This document shows, in pieces, positions 12,063 to 26,105 of a DNA stretch of 64,000 nt (the first letter of the stretch is position 1; every line of letters starts with the position of its first letter). The notes beneath the pieces were generated by a model. It worked only from the letters and a program-made list of their open reading frames with translations. It had not been told where the DNA came from and did no database searches. Both the position numbers and the translations under genes were made by a program. The stretch lies in NCBI RefSeq assembly GCF_048403405.1, contig NZ_CP183129.1; one strand, written 5' to 3'. The DNA comes from Escherichia coli. Its GTDB lineage: Bacteria; Pseudomonadota; Gammaproteobacteria; Enterobacterales; Enterobacteriaceae.

Positions 12063-13040
12063 ATGAAGCAGGATAAAAGACGCGGTCTGACCCGGATCGC
12101 ATTGGCGCTGGCACTGGCAGGTTATTGTGTGGCACCTGTGGCGCTGGCGGAAGAAAGCGCCTGGGTCGACAGCGGCGAAACCAATATTTTCCAGGGAACC
12201 ATTCCGTGGCTCTATTCGGAAGGGGGAAGCGCTACGACAGATGCCGACCATGTAACGTTGACTTCAGATCTAAAAGGCGCTCGCCCGACAGGTAGTGAAA
12301 CGGACAAGCGTCTTTACTCGGGTGATAAATTAACCGTAAGTTGGGAAATTGGTGATACCGAAGGCGACGTGGATCTTGGGGGATTGGGCGATAACGCAAA
12401 GACTATCGATACTATCCGCTGGATGAGCTACAAGGACGCTCAGGGTAACGATCCAAAAGAGCTGGTAACGAAGGTGACCAGTTACACCCTTACCGATGCC
12501 GACCGTGGTCGTTATATCGGTATTGAAATTACGCCAACCACGCAGACCGGTACGCCAAACGTCGGGAATGCGCTGCATCTTTATGACATTTCCACTGCCA
12601 GCGGCGGCGGAAGCGACAGCGACAACGTTGCGCCAGGGCCGGTGGTTAACCAGAACCTGAAAGTCGCCATCTTTGTTGATGGTACCAGTATCAACCTTAT
12701 CAACGGCAGCACGCCAATCGAACTTGGCAAAACCTACGTGGCCAAACTGTACTCGGATGAGAACAAAAACGGCAAGTTTGATGCGGGTACCGATGCTGAC
12801 GTTACCGCCAATTATGACTTCCGTTGGGTACTTTCTGGCAGCAGCCAGCAGCTCGGCACCTCGGGTGGTATCGTTAACTCAAGCTTCGATAATAACAATC
12901 TGGTCATCCCTGCGACCAACGAAGACGCCAGAACCAACCTTAACGGCCCTGCGCGCGATGGTAAAGAAGCTCTTACCATCCCGACCAACGGCGACGGGGT
13001 ACAGGGGTACAAACTTCACATTATTTACAAACACAAATAA
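12063..13040 (+). CDS. sinI: SinI-like secreted protein
   Basis: 325-aa ORF with signal peptide and strong RBS aaggagag; N-terminus resembles RatA N-terminus, C-terminal ~100 aa resemble SinH C-terminus (VIPATN...DG.QGY motif). Confidence 0.7.
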   Translation: MKQDKRRGLTRIALALALAGYCVAPVALAEESAWVDSGETNIFQGTIPWLYSEGGSATTDADHVTLTSDLKGARPTGSETDKRLYSGDKLTVSWEIGDTEGDVDLGGLGDNAKTIDTIRWMSYKDAQGNDPKELVTKVTSYTLTDADRGRYIGIEITPTTQTGTPNVGNALHLYDISTASGGGSDSDNVAPGPVVNQNLKVAIFVDGTSINLINGSTPIELGKTYVAKLYSDENKNGKFDAGTDADVTANYDFRWVLSGSSQQLGTSGGIVNSSFDNNNLVIPATNEDARTNLNGPARDGKEALTIPTNGDGVQGYKLHIIYKHK

Positions 13041-13051
13041 CGCGTACTCAG

Positions 13052-13116
13052 CAGCATTCCCGCAAGGGAATGCTGTTTCCGCATATTTTGCTTAATCCCG
13101 GATTAAGCAAAATATG
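13052..13116 (+). promoter_or_regulatory. hairpin plus 35-bp perfect palindrome between sinI and ratA
   Basis: cagcattccc-gcaa-gggaatgctg hairpin, then catattttgcttaatc-ccg-gattaagcaaaatatg perfect inverted repeat. Confidence 0.4.
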
Positions 13117-13160
13117 TTGATGCGACAAGCGTCCGTTTAACAACCGGTGGAGTTTCTGTC

Positions 13161-16100
13161 ATGTCCCTGACCCTGAATAAAATCCTTGTGTTATGCGCAT
13201 TGCTGATAAGCGCAATGCTGCCTGGGTGGTCATGGGCAGAATCTGCATGGCAAGACTCTTCAGATACGGTCGGCGAATTTAACGGTACCGTGCCCACCGC
13301 CGACAGTGCCAGCATACCCGTCTACCAGGGCAGTGTCTTTCTGGATCCTGCAAAGACGCATGAGGTAGCGTTTACCGCTAAACCGAGTGAATTCAGCGCG
13401 GATATTAGCGTCTCTAAATTGCTCGTCACCAATCCGCAAGACAGAGAAGGCGATATCATTTCCACCCCACGTTGGGAAAACCAAACGCCACCGACAGTAT
13501 CTTTAGTTTGGGCGGATGCCGCGACGCCGGACACCTTACTGGACCCACAGCCAGTCGCAGATCGCTCGTTTTGCGCTCAGGGACTTGCCGGGCGTTCGCT
13601 GGTCGCCTGGGCGCAGCCTGATCCCCAACAGACCATGCCGCTGTTATATTTACTCACCTCGACGGGCTATCCCTATGAAAGTGTTCTGACGCTCGCCGAT
13701 CAGAAAGTGACGCTGAAGATTGCGCCCGCGCAGGGTGACCTTATTTCCGTCAGCGCCGCGGGCTATGACGAATCCTCCGGTGCGGCGAAAACGACGGTTG
13801 GCGGCAGTATCACGTTAACGGTCACCACCAAAGATTGCGTCGGTAATGTTGTGGGGAATATTCCTTTTGTTATCAAACGCAAAGATGCTGAAAACCGCCA
13901 GGGTGTGGTGAACAATACTGCGCCGGTAAAACTGGGCACGACCGAATTAACCACCACCGCGACGGAATATCGTGGTACTACCGATGCGAATGGTGTTGCC
14001 ACGGTTACGGTCACCCAGGCCAACGGCCCTGGTGTAAAAACGCCGTTGGTCGCGAGCCTTGCGGGTATTGCTCAGGCCAGTGAAACGGCAGTGATCTTTA
14101 CCGTCCTCACCAGCCCGGATGTCCCGCAGGCTACAATGTGGGGTCATATGCCCGATACGCTGAAGGCCCGTGATTACACTTTTAGTCGACCAAAACTGGC
14201 GGCGGAAGTCGATAATGAAGACGGTACGGTTAACGATCACAATGAAACCTGGTCCACCTTTACCTGGAGCGGCGCGGATAAACATTGCGACATTTTGCCC
14301 GGAATGCGTCAGTTCGGTGCGCTGGCGACGGTGGTGCCAACGTCAGTGCAGGATGTGGCTGGTTGGCCGATGCAGGGTAATTTCTACTGGTCATCACTGG
14401 CGGGGATGAGTGGCCAGCACCATGCGGCGGATGTTTCGAACCGCAGCGAAGCGCAAAAACCGGACGATACGACGTTTATTGTGAGCTGTGTCGATAAAGA
14501 AGCGCCCGATGTTGAACCGAAGCTGGTACTGACGCCGGGCAGTTATGATTCGACGATAAAAGCGATGAAAGTAAAGGTGGGGGAAGAGGCTTCTTTACGC
14601 CTGACGATTACCGATAGCAAGAACAACGATCAGCCGCTGGCGTACTACTACTTTTCGCTGCATCTGGATGACGGCGTTAACCGTAAGAATCAAACTGACA
14701 CCGCGTGGCAGGCGAATCCGGTACAAATAGCGGGCGGCAGTAATGTCCATCAGGTTGACGCGCATACCTATGAAGGGATCACTGATGCTAACGGAGAGGC
14801 CTCTCTGACGCTGACCCAGCCAGGCGGTGTGGGGGTGAAAACTCACATCACCGCGAGAATGCGCAGCGATTTTACCGCCTCGGATGAGAAAGACGTTATT
14901 TTTACGGTGATCACCAGCCCTGATTCCGACAAAGCGCGGATGTGGGGACATATGTTGGGCATTATTGAAGCGAATAATATCTTTAAACGCCCACGGCTGG
15001 CGGATGAAACCGACAACGAACTGGGAGCAGTGCGGGAAAATAACGAAGACTGGGCGCTGTTTGATCAGAATAGCAGTATGCAGGCTGAGTGTGGTTTAGG
15101 TCATATTCCGAGCCAAAGCTCATTGCACAGTTTGTTTGCCGCACATCCAGCCAATGTCATCGGCACCGAATATGGCTGGCCAACGTTGCAAAAAGCGTAT
15201 CTTAGTGCGGTGGAAGAGACGTCGCACGCGTCGGTGAACCTGGCCACGGGCAACATCGACACCTATTCCGGCTTTAAGCAAAACTACCTTTCTTGTTCGG
15301 GCAATGAGATGGTCGCCCAGATTGCTGCGACCACCGATCATGATGTTTCCACAAGCAGCAGAGCGCAGGCTAAAGTGGGTGAAACGATTACCATGACGGT
15401 ACGCACCTTTAATGCCTTGAATAATGCGCCCGTGCCGTATACCGCGTTCACCATCACTAAAGATATGGGGAAAAATCGTCAGGGGCAGAGCACGGGTTTC
15501 GATGATCCAACCCGCGGCGCAATCGAGATGAATGGCACGCTCTACGGAACATCGCAACCGTCTTTAGTCTATGCAGGTACTACGGATGCGCAGGGTTTTG
15601 CTACTGTGGAAATTAAGCAACCGCAAGGTGTGGGCTTAGCGACGCCGCTGAATATTGCGCCTGTAAACTCCTATATTCCCAATACTGTTAATTACAATGT
15701 GATTTTCACTACGCTCACCAGTCCGGATGCGGTTGGCGCGCAGATGTGGGGGCATATGGATGAGACGATTACCGTCGATGCATTAACCTTTGCCCGACCC
15801 CGGCTGGCTGCGGAAGTGTCCAGCCCGGACGGCACATTAACGGAAAATAACGAAGTGTGGTCGCGCGTTAGCCAGGCCAACACTTCCAGCACCAGTAAAG
15901 GTGGCTGTGGTGCCAATATGCTCCCACGCCGTTCCCAGCTTAACGCGCTCTATGATGCTAACAGCGGTAACGCCGTTCAAACGGTACACGGTTGGCCAAC
16001 GCAGCGTCAGCCCTACTGGAGCAGTTCGCCCGCGGATCAGGTGCCGCATTACTACACCATAGCCCTCAACGATGGCGCGCGGACCGTTGGCGGTAGCACG

Positions 16101-19100
16101 GCGGTTTATGTCAGTTGCCTGACGACGGCTAACAATCCTGCCAGCAGCATTACGCTGGAAGTGGTGGACCCGGCGCAGTGGAACGCGGCAGCAAATGCGG
16201 CGAAGCTGAAAAAAGGCGAAACGCTACAGGTGAAGGTGACGGTAAAAGATGCTCAGGGCAATCCATTGGGTGATATGCCTTTTACGCTGAAGCGTGGCGA
16301 TGGTTATACCCGATCAAACGAAAAACACATTGCCGGTAGCGGTGATGCGCTGGTTGCGCCGGTTGTGATCAATAGTGGCCTGGCGGATGAAACTTCGCTC
16401 AATGATACCGCCGCAGCATACAGCGCGATGACCGGTAGCGATGGCACTAAAATTCTCACTATTACCCGCCCGGATACCCATGGCACAAAAACGTCGCTGA
16501 CCGCCGCGCTCTATTCAGACACAACGAAAAAAGCGACCCTCGATACCATTTTTACCGTTGTCACCAGCCCAGACAGCAATAAAGCGAAAATGTGGGGGCA
16601 TATGCCGGAAACGGTGACGGCTGCGGATGGAACGGTCTTTAAACGCCCATTATTGTTGAAAGAGTTATCCAGTACGTCGGGTCGAACAGCGATTGCAGAA
16701 GATAATGAGGACTGGGCGCAATTTACCCAAACTCAGGCGACAAGCACATCCTCTAATGGTTGTGGTAGTGAATATGTTCCCTCTCAGGCCGGGCTGGAGT
16801 CATTGTATGAAGCCAACCGCGGCAATGCGATGAAAACGGTTCAGGGCTGGCCCGTCGCCTCAAGTTACCTTACCAGCACGACAGGCAGCAGTAGTCTGGA
16901 ACAGCGTGACTTAAAGGCCGTCAATCTCAGTTCAGGCACCAGTTCGATAATTCCATCGGCCACAAAAGAACTGCTTACCTGCCAGACGACGCCGATCGTC
17001 AAGGCTAGCCAAATCGTTCTTGAGGCTGCGGACCCCACAAAATTTGACAGTACGAATAATGTTGTCAAAGCGAAAAAAGGGGAAGAAGTCGTGGTTCGCG
17101 TGACCACTAAAGATTCGCAGGGTAACCCGGTGGGAAATACCGCGTTTACGCTTAAACGTAACCTTAGCGTCAATCGGGCAAATGCGTCTACAACGGTGAC
17201 AGCAGGCGCGCTCATCGTGACGGATGCCTGGGGTAACACGCAGAGTAATTTTTCCTCAACAACAGCACTGATTTATGGCGTTACCGGCGCAGATGGTACG
17301 ACAACACTTGCACTGAAACAGGACAATACCACGGGTTTAAAAACCGAACTGACCGCCATGCTGGATACAGATAATAACGTAAAATCAATGCTTCCGGTGG
17401 TCTTTACGGTGATAACCAGCCCCGATACCCCTAAAGCAAAATTCTGGGGGCATATGGCCGAAACGATGACCGGTGCTGGCGGGCTTATTTATAAAAGACC
17501 GTTATTGCAAGATGAGCTTTCCGTTACAACCAGTCGAAGCTCTTTTCAGGAAGATGGAGAGAGCTGGTCACTGTTCTCGCCGGACCAGTCGAACAACACA
17601 TCTGTAAATGGTTGCGGTGCAGGATATGTCCCGGTTGAAAGTGAGCTGGAGTCACTGTATGCCGATGAAGGTTACGTGCCAATACATGACGTTACGGGAT
17701 GGCCTGTATCACGCGCCTATATCTCCAGTACGGTTGTTGCCTATTACACTCAAACATTTAATTTTAAAGCGGTTTCGTTAAAAACGGGTGATGGAACGGA
17801 GGTCATGTCAAGCAGTATAGGACTGCTAAGTTGTCGGGCTACCCCAGTGGCGGTGACCAGCCACATTATTGTTGAAGCGAACGATGCGACACAATTTGTC
17901 AAAGTTGACGAAACCCTCAGCGCACTAAAACGGAAAAAAGGTGACGACGCGGTGATTCGCGTGGTGACAAAAGATGCGCAGGGAAATGTCGTACCAAATG
18001 TTCCGTTTATTCTCAAACGTGAAGGATCGACAAATCGCCAGAATGTACAGTTGTCGAACAGAACTATCACTGTAATCAACGCTGCGGGAACGTCGGCAAG
18101 AGTGGATACTCCATCAATCTCCCTTTATGCGGTGACAGGTGCAGACGGGACAGCCACGTTTACGGTAAAGCAGGATGATTCTATAGGCCTGGTAACCAAT
18201 GTGTACGCTCAGGCCTATCAGTCGAGCCTGGAATCCAACAAATTACCCGTGATGTTTACCGTGATAACCAGCCCGGATACCCCCCTGGCAAGTTACTGGG
18301 GGCATATGGCGGAAACGTTCACTACGCGTTCTGGTACTGCCTTCAAACGCCCCTTACTCTCTGCTGAAAGATCGTCGGGCCAGTCGTTTATAGAAGACAA
18401 TGAAGAGTGGGCCGTGTTGAGATCGGCAACAAAGGGGGATATCGATAAAAGCGGGTGCGATGTACATTATCAACCACTGTTAAGCGAACTACAGGCATTG
18501 TACGACGAACACCCAAGTCGTGCGATAAAGACCGATCTGGGTATTCCGGTAAATAGCTACTGGTGGGCTTACGACATGGTGGCATATGCGGGTAACTGGT
18601 ACGATCAATATATTTATCTGTTAAATGGATCAAGTGGAAGAGCGTCTTCAACCACCTCGGCATTAATGCTGTGCCTGGTAAACCCTCATCCAGAGGCGGC
18701 TTCTATTGAAATGACCTCAACGGCGGAGGATGCAACGAAAACGGCCAGCAATGATGGCAGGCCCAGCGCAACAGCGAAGAAGGGAGAGGTTATCCCGATG
18801 ACTGTTACGGTGCGAGATAGCGCAGGCAATCCACTGCCAGGTGCCAGCTTTAACCTTAAACGAGGAACTGCGCTGAACCGCGCTAAAGCTGCGTACGATG
18901 CCTCTGCAGATGATCTTACCATCATACCTGTGGAACCTACTGGGGTAACGTCAATCTTGTATGGGGATGGGACGCAGGCTCTTCTGAAGACAGGGAGCGA
19001 TGGTAAAGCTACGTTTGAGGTCAGCCAGAATAGCAGTTATGGGCTGTCAACGCCGCTCAGCGCAGAACTCATGCGCGATACCTCGAAAAGCGTCACGCTG

Positions 19101-21203
19101 GATGTCATTTTCACGGTGATAACCAGCCCGGATTCGCCAAAAGCGAAATACTGGGGCCATATGCCGGAAACGTTTACCAGTTCGGCAGGCGTGACCTTCA
19201 AGCGCCCATTACTGGCAGCGGAAGCGACTACGGGGAGCTCGGTAAACGGTAATAATGAGACATGGTCATATATATATAGTACTCAAAAAGCGACGGCAGA
19301 TTGTTCGCTGGAATATCAACCGCGCCTCAGCGAATTGCAGGGGTTATATGACGATCACCCAAACGGGGCGTTAACGAAAGATCTGGGGTTGCCGATAGCG
19401 TCAGGAAACTGGTGGATTTATGAATTGCTTAACTCCAATGGTAGCTCCTGGTATTACCAGGTCTTTAACCTAAGTACGGGACGAGCATCATCCGCACTCT
19501 CTCCGGTTGCTCTAATGCTCTGCCTGGCACAGCCTCACTCTAAGCCGTCAAGCGTTACCCTGACTTCAATAGCATTTGATGAGACGAGAACCGCAAGTAA
19601 CGGCGGTACACCTTCGGCATCGGCGAAAAAGGGCGAGACAATCCCGTTAGTCGTGACAGTAAAAGACCAAAATGGCAACCTGCTGAGTGGCGAGAGCGTG
19701 ACGCTTCAGCGGGCACAGGCGAAAAGTCGTTCAGGAATTAGGCCCTCATCGTCGGCAGATGATCTTATTGTAGATGTCATCACACCGACAGCGGTCAGCA
19801 TTCCCTTTACTCAGGATACGGCAAAATGGCTTGGCTTTACCGGCAGTGATGGCACAGTGACGTTCAATGTTACGCAAAACGCCACCACCGGCCTGGCAAC
19901 GCCGTTTACGGTCTCGCTTGCACAAGATCCGCAGATCACGTCAAACCTGGACCTGATATTTACCGTGGTCACCAGCCCTGACTCCCTGGATGCCAACTAC
20001 TGGGGCCATATGCCAGAAACGGTGACAGCGGCAAATGGAACCGTCTTTGAACGACCGAAATTGTGGAAGGAACTGCCATCGACCTCCGGGGTAAATAAAA
20101 CCAATAACAATAATGAGGACTGGCCCTATTTTTCGTCAACCACTAAAGCAAATTCCAGCCTCAGCCCTTGTGAGGAAGCCCGGCAACCGTTGCTCAGCGA
20201 TATGAAGTCACTGTATCAACGTTATCCCAATAACACCCTTACGACGGAAACTGGCTGGTCAGTTTATTATTACTGGTGGGCGCAGGATAAGACTACAGAT
20301 GGTAAAAATCAGTCGCTCAATATGAAAGATGGCACAACGACATTGAATGGTAATGCCGCTTATCAGGCGTGTCTGGTGTCTGCGCGCGCGACGGTTTCCA
20401 GCGTCACACTGACCTCAACAGCGTTTGATGCTGACAGCCAGGCGGCGAAAGTGAAAAAAGGCGAAGCCATGCCCGTTACCGTGACGGTGAAAGACAGCGC
20501 CGGGAATACGGTACCGAATGTGGAATTTACTTTGAAACGTGGCGATGCATCGCCGCGTAACGCTGGGGCGACGTTGTATGGTGATGTGGTGGCGATGGAC
20601 GATCTCATCGTTCAGCCGTTATCTGGTTCGGCTGTTACGCTGAGTGAAAGCGGTAATACCATTAGTGGCATGACAGGCGCGGATGGGACGGCAAGTTTTA
20701 CGCTCCGCCAGGATAATACCCCTGGTTATAAAACGCCACTGACGGTTACTCTGGCTAATTACGCTTCCGCGACAGACACGCTGGACGCTATTTTTACGGT
20801 ACCAACCAGCCCGAATGTTTCCTCGGCGCACTTTTGGGGACATATGGCAGACACTGTAGTGGTGAATGGTAAATCGCTACATCGACCGTTGTTAACGACA
20901 GAATTGCCGTCCGGGGCTAATCCCGTATCCTCACCGATTATTAACTACGAAAACTGGGCTTCTGCACATATCATTGATGCCAGTAAATGGGATATTGCAA
21001 GGCAGTGTGGCAGCATAGAAAATGCACCGACATACAATGAATTAGAGTTGTTGCACACTGTTTTTAATTCACTGGGATGGCCGTCTTCACCAAGTTTTCC
21101 TTATTTGTCCTCTCAACAGTGTGGGATGGACGAAGGCACTGGAGCACAGGATTGTAGTATCACGCTAATGAATAAACCGGGTCTGGTGACCTGCTTCCAG
21201 TAA
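13161..21203 (+). CDS. ratA: giant repeat-containing surface protein (RatA-like)
   Basis: 2680-aa uninterrupted ORF with signal peptide and about 9 tandem ~283-aa repeats each carrying FTV(I/V)TSPD...WGHM. Confidence 0.8.
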   Translation: MSLTLNKILVLCALLISAMLPGWSWAESAWQDSSDTVGEFNGTVPTADSASIPVYQGSVFLDPAKTHEVAFTAKPSEFSADISVSKLLVTNPQDREGDIISTPRWENQTPPTVSLVWADAATPDTLLDPQPVADRSFCAQGLAGRSLVAWAQPDPQQTMPLLYLLTSTGYPYESVLTLADQKVTLKIAPAQGDLISVSAAGYDESSGAAKTTVGGSITLTVTTKDCVGNVVGNIPFVIKRKDAENRQGVVNNTAPVKLGTTELTTTATEYRGTTDANGVATVTVTQANGPGVKTPLVASLAGIAQASETAVIFTVLTSPDVPQATMWGHMPDTLKARDYTFSRPKLAAEVDNEDGTVNDHNETWSTFTWSGADKHCDILPGMRQFGALATVVPTSVQDVAGWPMQGNFYWSSLAGMSGQHHAADVSNRSEAQKPDDTTFIVSCVDKEAPDVEPKLVLTPGSYDSTIKAMKVKVGEEASLRLTITDSKNNDQPLAYYYFSLHLDDGVNRKNQTDTAWQANPVQIAGGSNVHQVDAHTYEGITDANGEASLTLTQPGGVGVKTHITARMRSDFTASDEKDVIFTVITSPDSDKARMWGHMLGIIEANNIFKRPRLADETDNELGAVRENNEDWALFDQNSSMQAECGLGHIPSQSSLHSLFAAHPANVIGTEYGWPTLQKAYLSAVEETSHASVNLATGNIDTYSGFKQNYLSCSGNEMVAQIAATTDHDVSTSSRAQAKVGETITMTVRTFNALNNAPVPYTAFTITKDMGKNRQGQSTGFDDPTRGAIEMNGTLYGTSQPSLVYAGTTDAQGFATVEIKQPQGVGLATPLNIAPVNSYIPNTVNYNVIFTTLTSPDAVGAQMWGHMDETITVDALTFARPRLAAEVSSPDGTLTENNEVWSRVSQANTSSTSKGGCGANMLPRRSQLNALYDANSGNAVQTVHGWPTQRQPYWSSSPADQVPHYYTIALNDGARTVGGSTAVYVSCLTTANNPASSITLEVVDPAQWNAAANAAKLKKGETLQVKVTVKDAQGNPLGDMPFTLKRGDGYTRSNEKHIAGSGDALVAPVVINSGLADETSLNDTAAAYSAMTGSDGTKILTITRPDTHGTKTSLTAALYSDTTKKATLDTIFTVVTSPDSNKAKMWGHMPETVTAADGTVFKRPLLLKELSSTSGRTAIAEDNEDWAQFTQTQATSTSSNGCGSEYVPSQAGLESLYEANRGNAMKTVQGWPVASSYLTSTTGSSSLEQRDLKAVNLSSGTSSIIPSATKELLTCQTTPIVKASQIVLEAADPTKFDSTNNVVKAKKGEEVVVRVTTKDSQGNPVGNTAFTLKRNLSVNRANASTTVTAGALIVTDAWGNTQSNFSSTTALIYGVTGADGTTTLALKQDNTTGLKTELTAMLDTDNNVKSMLPVVFTVITSPDTPKAKFWGHMAETMTGAGGLIYKRPLLQDELSVTTSRSSFQEDGESWSLFSPDQSNNTSVNGCGAGYVPVESELESLYADEGYVPIHDVTGWPVSRAYISSTVVAYYTQTFNFKAVSLKTGDGTEVMSSSIGLLSCRATPVAVTSHIIVEANDATQFVKVDETLSALKRKKGDDAVIRVVTKDAQGNVVPNVPFILKREGSTNRQNVQLSNRTITVINAAGTSARVDTPSISLYAVTGADGTATFTVKQDDSIGLVTNVYAQAYQSSLESNKLPVMFTVITSPDTPLASYWGHMAETFTTRSGTAFKRPLLSAERSSGQSFIEDNEEWAVLRSATKGDIDKSGCDVHYQPLLSELQALYDEHPSRAIKTDLGIPVNSYWWAYDMVAYAGNWYDQYIYLLNGSSGRASSTTSALMLCLVNPHPEAASIEMTSTAEDATKTASNDGRPSATAKKGEVIPMTVTVRDSAGNPLPGASFNLKRGTALNRAKAAYDASADDLTIIPVEPTGVTSILYGDGTQALLKTGSDGKATFEVSQNSSYGLSTPLSAELMRDTSKSVTLDVIFTVITSPDSPKAKYWGHMPETFTSSAGVTFKRPLLAAEATTGSSVNGNNETWSYIYSTQKATADCSLEYQPRLSELQGLYDDHPNGALTKDLGLPIASGNWWIYELLNSNGSSWYYQVFNLSTGRASSALSPVALMLCLAQPHSKPSSVTLTSIAFDETRTASNGGTPSASAKKGETIPLVVTVKDQNGNLLSGESVTLQRAQAKSRSGIRPSSSADDLIVDVITPTAVSIPFTQDTAKWLGFTGSDGTVTFNVTQNATTGLATPFTVSLAQDPQITSNLDLIFTVVTSPDSLDANYWGHMPETVTAANGTVFERPKLWKELPSTSGVNKTNNNNEDWPYFSSTTKANSSLSPCEEARQPLLSDMKSLYQRYPNNTLTTETGWSVYYYWWAQDKTTDGKNQSLNMKDGTTTLNGNAAYQACLVSARATVSSVTLTSTAFDADSQAAKVKKGEAMPVTVTVKDSAGNTVPNVEFTLKRGDASPRNAGATLYGDVVAMDDLIVQPLSGSAVTLSESGNTISGMTGADGTASFTLRQDNTPGYKTPLTVTLANYASATDTLDAIFTVPTSPNVSSAHFWGHMADTVVVNGKSLHRPLLTTELPSGANPVSSPIINYENWASAHIIDASKWDIARQCGSIENAPTYNELELLHTVFNSLGWPSSPSFPYLSSQQCGMDEGTGAQDCSITLMNKPGLVTCFQ
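14050..20900 (+). repeat. tandem ~850-bp coding repeats inside ratA-like gene
   Basis: TSPD...WGHM motif recurs at approx. 14.10, 14.91, 15.72, 16.56, 17.41, 18.26, 19.12, 19.97, 20.80 kb. Confidence 0.75.
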
Positions 21204-21235
21204 CCAGCATGGCGCATCTGGCGTGGCCTGGGAGC

Positions 21236-21262
21236 CAGTGCCGGATGCGATGCTGGCGCATC
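21236..21262. repeat. REP-like palindromic element between convergent ratA and xseA
   Basis: gccggatgcgatgctggcgcatcttatgg resembles the enterobacterial REP consensus (GCCGGATGCG...CTTATC). Confidence 0.3.
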
Positions 21263-22669
<1,407 letters not shown>

Positions 22670-22728
22670 TTATTCAGTCGATAGTAACCCGCCCTCCGGG
22701 GATAGCAAGCATTTTTTGCAAAAAGGGG

Positions 22729-22757
22729 TAGATGCAATCGGTTACGCTCTGTATAAT
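22729..22757 (+). promoter_or_regulatory. putative guaB promoter (-10 TATAAT at 22752-22757)
   Basis: Perfect TATAAT hexamer about 45 bp upstream of guaB ATG in the xseA-guaB divergent region. Confidence 0.4.
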
Positions 22758-22800
22758 GCCGCGGCAATATTTATTAACCACTCTGGTCGAGATATTGCCC

Positions 22801-24267
22801 ATGCTACGTATCGCTAAAGAAGCTCTGACGTTTGACGACGTTCTCCTCGTTCCTGCTCATTCTACCGTTCTGCCGAATACTGCTGACCTCAGCACCCAGC
22901 TGACGAAAACTATTCGTCTGAATATCCCTATGCTTTCCGCAGCAATGGATACCGTAACGGAAGCGCGCCTGGCTATTGCTCTGGCTCAGGAAGGCGGTAT
23001 CGGCTTTATCCACAAAAATATGTCCATTGAACGCCAGGCGGAAGAAGTTCGCCGTGTGAAAAAACACGAATCTGGCGTGGTGACTGACCCGCAGACTGTT
23101 CTGCCAACCACGACGCTGCGCGAAGTGAAAGAACTGACCGAGCGTAACGGCTTTGCGGGCTACCCGGTCGTTACCGAAGAAAACGAACTGGTGGGTATTA
23201 TCACCGGTCGTGACGTACGTTTTGTTACCGACCTGAGCCAGCCGGTTAGCGTTTACATGACGCCGAAAGAACGTCTGGTCACCGTGCGTGAAGGTGAAGC
23301 CCGTGAAGTTGTGCTGGCAAAAATGCACGAAAAACGCGTTGAAAAAGCGCTGGTGGTTGATGACGAATTCCACCTGATCGGCATGATCACCGTGAAAGAT
23401 TTCCAGAAAGCAGAACGTAAACCGAACGCCTGTAAAGACGAGCAAGGCCGTCTGCGTGTTGGTGCAGCGGTTGGCGCGGGTGCGGGTAACGAAGAGCGTG
23501 TTGACGCGCTGGTTGCCGCAGGCGTTGACGTTCTGCTGATCGACTCCTCTCACGGTCACTCTGAAGGCGTTCTGCAGCGTATCCGTGAAACTCGTGCTAA
23601 ATATCCGGATCTGCAAATCATCGGCGGCAACGTGGCAACAGCTGCGGGGGCACGCGCTCTGGCAGAAGCTGGTTGCAGCGCGGTTAAAGTCGGCATTGGC
23701 CCTGGCTCTATCTGTACGACTCGTATCGTGACTGGCGTAGGTGTTCCGCAGATCACCGCCGTTGCTGACGCCGTAGAAGCCCTGGAAGGCACCGGTATTC
23801 CGGTTATCGCTGACGGTGGTATCCGTTTCTCAGGCGATATCGCCAAAGCTATCGCCGCAGGTGCAAGCGCGGTAATGGTGGGTTCCATGCTGGCGGGTAC
23901 TGAAGAATCTCCGGGTGAAATCGAACTCTACCAGGGCCGTTCTTACAAATCTTACCGTGGGATGGGCTCTCTGGGTGCGATGTCCAAAGGTTCTTCTGAC
24001 CGTTACTTCCAGAGCGACAACGCTGCCGACAAACTGGTGCCGGAAGGTATCGAAGGTCGCGTGGCCTATAAAGGTCGCCTGAAAGAGATCATTCACCAGC
24101 AGATGGGCGGCCTGCGCTCCTGTATGGGCCTGACCGGCTGTGGTACTATCGACGAACTGCGTACTAAAGCGGAGTTTGTACGTATCAGCGGTGCGGGCAT
24201 TCAGGAAAGCCACGTTCACGACGTGACCATTACTAAAGAGTCCCCGAACTACCGTCTGGGCTCCTGA
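22801..24267 (+). CDS. guaB: IMP dehydrogenase
   Basis: 488 aa from ATG 22801 ([21 protein letters not shown]...); CBS pair and catalytic Cys loop ([11 protein letters not shown]); track ORF extends upstream to 22732. Confidence 0.95.
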   Translation: MLRIAKEALTFDDVLLVPAHSTVLPNTADLSTQLTKTIRLNIPMLSAAMDTVTEARLAIALAQEGGIGFIHKNMSIERQAEEVRRVKKHESGVVTDPQTVLPTTTLREVKELTERNGFAGYPVVTEENELVGIITGRDVRFVTDLSQPVSVYMTPKERLVTVREGEAREVVLAKMHEKRVEKALVVDDEFHLIGMITVKDFQKAERKPNACKDEQGRLRVGAAVGAGAGNEERVDALVAAGVDVLLIDSSHGHSEGVLQRIRETRAKYPDLQIIGGNVATAAGARALAEAGCSAVKVGIGPGSICTTRIVTGVGVPQITAVADAVEALEGTGIPVIADGGIRFSGDIAKAIAAGASAVMVGSMLAGTEESPGEIELYQGRSYKSYRGMGSLGAMSKGSSDRYFQSDNAADKLVPEGIEGRVAYKGRLKEIIHQQMGGLRSCMGLTGCGTIDELRTKAEFVRISGAGIQESHVHDVTITKESPNYRLGS

Positions 24268-24335
24268 TTCTCTTCGCCCGACTTCATGTCGGGCGATTTA
24301 TATTATCTGTTTCACTTGCCTCGGAATAAGCGTCA

Positions 24336-25913
24336 ATGACGGAAAACATTCATAAGCATCGCATCCTCATTCTGGACTTCGGTTCTCAGTACACTCAACT
24401 GGTTGCGCGCCGCGTGCGTGAACTGGGTGTTTACTGCGTACTGTGGGCGTGGGATGTGACAGAAGCACAAATTCGTGACTTCAACCCAAGCGGCATTATT
24501 CTTTCCGGCGGCCCGGAAAGCACCACCGAAGAAAACAGCCCGCGTGCGCCGCAGTATGTCTTTGAAGCAGGCGTACCGGTATTCGGCGTTTGCTATGGCA
24601 TGCAGACCATGGCAATGCAGTTGGGCGGTCACGTTGAAGCCTCTAACGAACGTGAATTTGGCTACGCGCAGGTTGAAGTCGTAAACGACAGCGCACTGGT
24701 TCGCGGTATCGAAGATGCGCTGACTGCAGACGGTAAACCGCTGCTCGATGTCTGGATGAGCCACGGCGATAAAGTTACCGCTATCCCGTCCGACTTCGTC
24801 ACCGTAGCCAGCACCGAAAGCTGCCCGTTTGCCATTATGGCCAACGAAGAAAAACGCTTCTACGGCGTACAGTTCCACCCGGAAGTGACTCACACCCGCC
24901 AGGGTATGCGCATGCTGGAGCGCTTTGTGCGTGATATCTGCCAGTGTGAAGCCCTGTGGACGCCGGCGAAAATTATCGACGACGCTGTAGCTCGCATCCG
25001 CGAGCAGGTGGGCGACGATAAAGTCATCCTCGGCCTTTCTGGTGGCGTGGATTCCTCCGTAACCGCAATGCTGCTGCACCGCGCTATCGGTAAAAACCTG
25101 ACTTGCGTATTCGTCGACAACGGCCTGCTGCGTCTCAACGAAGCAGAGCAGGTTCTGGATATGTTTGGCGATCACTTTGGTCTCAATATTGTTCACGTTC
25201 CGGCAGAAGATCGCTTCCTGTCAGCGCTGGCTGGCGAAAACGATCCGGAAGCAAAACGTAAAATCATCGGGCGCGTTTTCGTTGAAGTATTCGATGAAGA
25301 AGCGCTGAAACTGGAAGACGTGAAGTGGCTGGCGCAGGGTACTATCTACCCTGACGTTATCGAATCTGCGGCGTCTGCAACCGGTAAAGCACACGTCATC
25401 AAATCTCACCACAACGTGGGCGGCCTGCCGAAAGAGATGAAGATGGGCCTGGTTGAACCGCTGAAAGAGCTGTTCAAAGACGAAGTGCGTAAGATTGGTC
25501 TGGAGCTGGGCCTGCCGTACGACATGCTGTACCGTCATCCGTTCCCGGGACCAGGCCTTGGCGTTCGTGTTCTGGGTGAAGTGAAGAAAGAGTACTGTGA
25601 CCTGCTGCGCCGCGCTGACGCCATCTTCATTGAAGAACTGCGTAAAGCGGGCCTGTACGACAAAGTCAGCCAGGCGTTCACCGTCTTCCTGCCAGTACGT
25701 TCCGTTGGCGTAATGGGCGATGGTCGTAAGTATGACTGGGTTGTCTCTCTGCGTGCTGTCGAAACCATCGACTTTATGACCGCACACTGGGCGCATCTGC
25801 CGTACGATTTCCTCGGTCGCGTTTCCAACCGCATTATCAATGAAGTGAACGGTATTTCCCGCGTGGTGTATGACATCAGCGGCAAGCCGCCAGCTACCAT
25901 TGAGTGGGAATGA
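24336..25913 (+). CDS. guaA: GMP synthase (glutamine-hydrolysing)
   Basis: 525-aa ORF; N-terminal glutamine amidotransferase (GVCYGMQ), ATP-PPase SGGVDSSV motif. Confidence 0.95.
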   Translation: MTENIHKHRILILDFGSQYTQLVARRVRELGVYCVLWAWDVTEAQIRDFNPSGIILSGGPESTTEENSPRAPQYVFEAGVPVFGVCYGMQTMAMQLGGHVEASNEREFGYAQVEVVNDSALVRGIEDALTADGKPLLDVWMSHGDKVTAIPSDFVTVASTESCPFAIMANEEKRFYGVQFHPEVTHTRQGMRMLERFVRDICQCEALWTPAKIIDDAVARIREQVGDDKVILGLSGGVDSSVTAMLLHRAIGKNLTCVFVDNGLLRLNEAEQVLDMFGDHFGLNIVHVPAEDRFLSALAGENDPEAKRKIIGRVFVEVFDEEALKLEDVKWLAQGTIYPDVIESAASATGKAHVIKSHHNVGGLPKEMKMGLVEPLKELFKDEVRKIGLELGLPYDMLYRHPFPGPGLGVRVLGEVKKEYCDLLRRADAIFIEELRKAGLYDKVSQAFTVFLPVRSVGVMGDGRKYDWVVSLRAVETIDFMTAHWAHLPYDFLGRVSNRIINEVNGISRVVYDISGKPPATIEWE

Positions 25914-25960
25914 TTAACAGCTAACTCATAGCAAATCATTCCTATTCAGATGCCAACTCA

Positions 25961-25992
25961 ACCCTCTGTTTTTGCAGAGGGTTTTTGTTTTT
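25961..25992 (+). terminator. rho-independent terminator of guaBA
   Basis: ccctctg-loop-cagaggg hairpin followed by tttttgttttt. Confidence 0.8.
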
Positions 25993-26105
25993 ATGTATTC
26001 ATTTCTATTCACTCTACACCATATTTTTCGGCGGTACAGGTGACGGTATTACCTTAAAGGTATACTCTCATACCGTCATGAAAATGGTTTCTATACGGGT
26101 GAATT

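Noticed and set aside
14050-20900. Possible CRISPR array suggested by regularly spaced repeats
   Set aside because: The repeats are ~850 bp apart, lie inside one continuous 2680-aa ORF and are protein-coding domain repeats; no short direct repeats with unique spacers were seen anywhere in the window.
24275-24310. Stem-loop tcgcccgac-ttcat-gtcgggcga in the guaB-guaA spacer as a terminator
   Set aside because: guaB and guaA form an operon; the hairpin may be a partial attenuator or RNA stability element but cannot be a full terminator.
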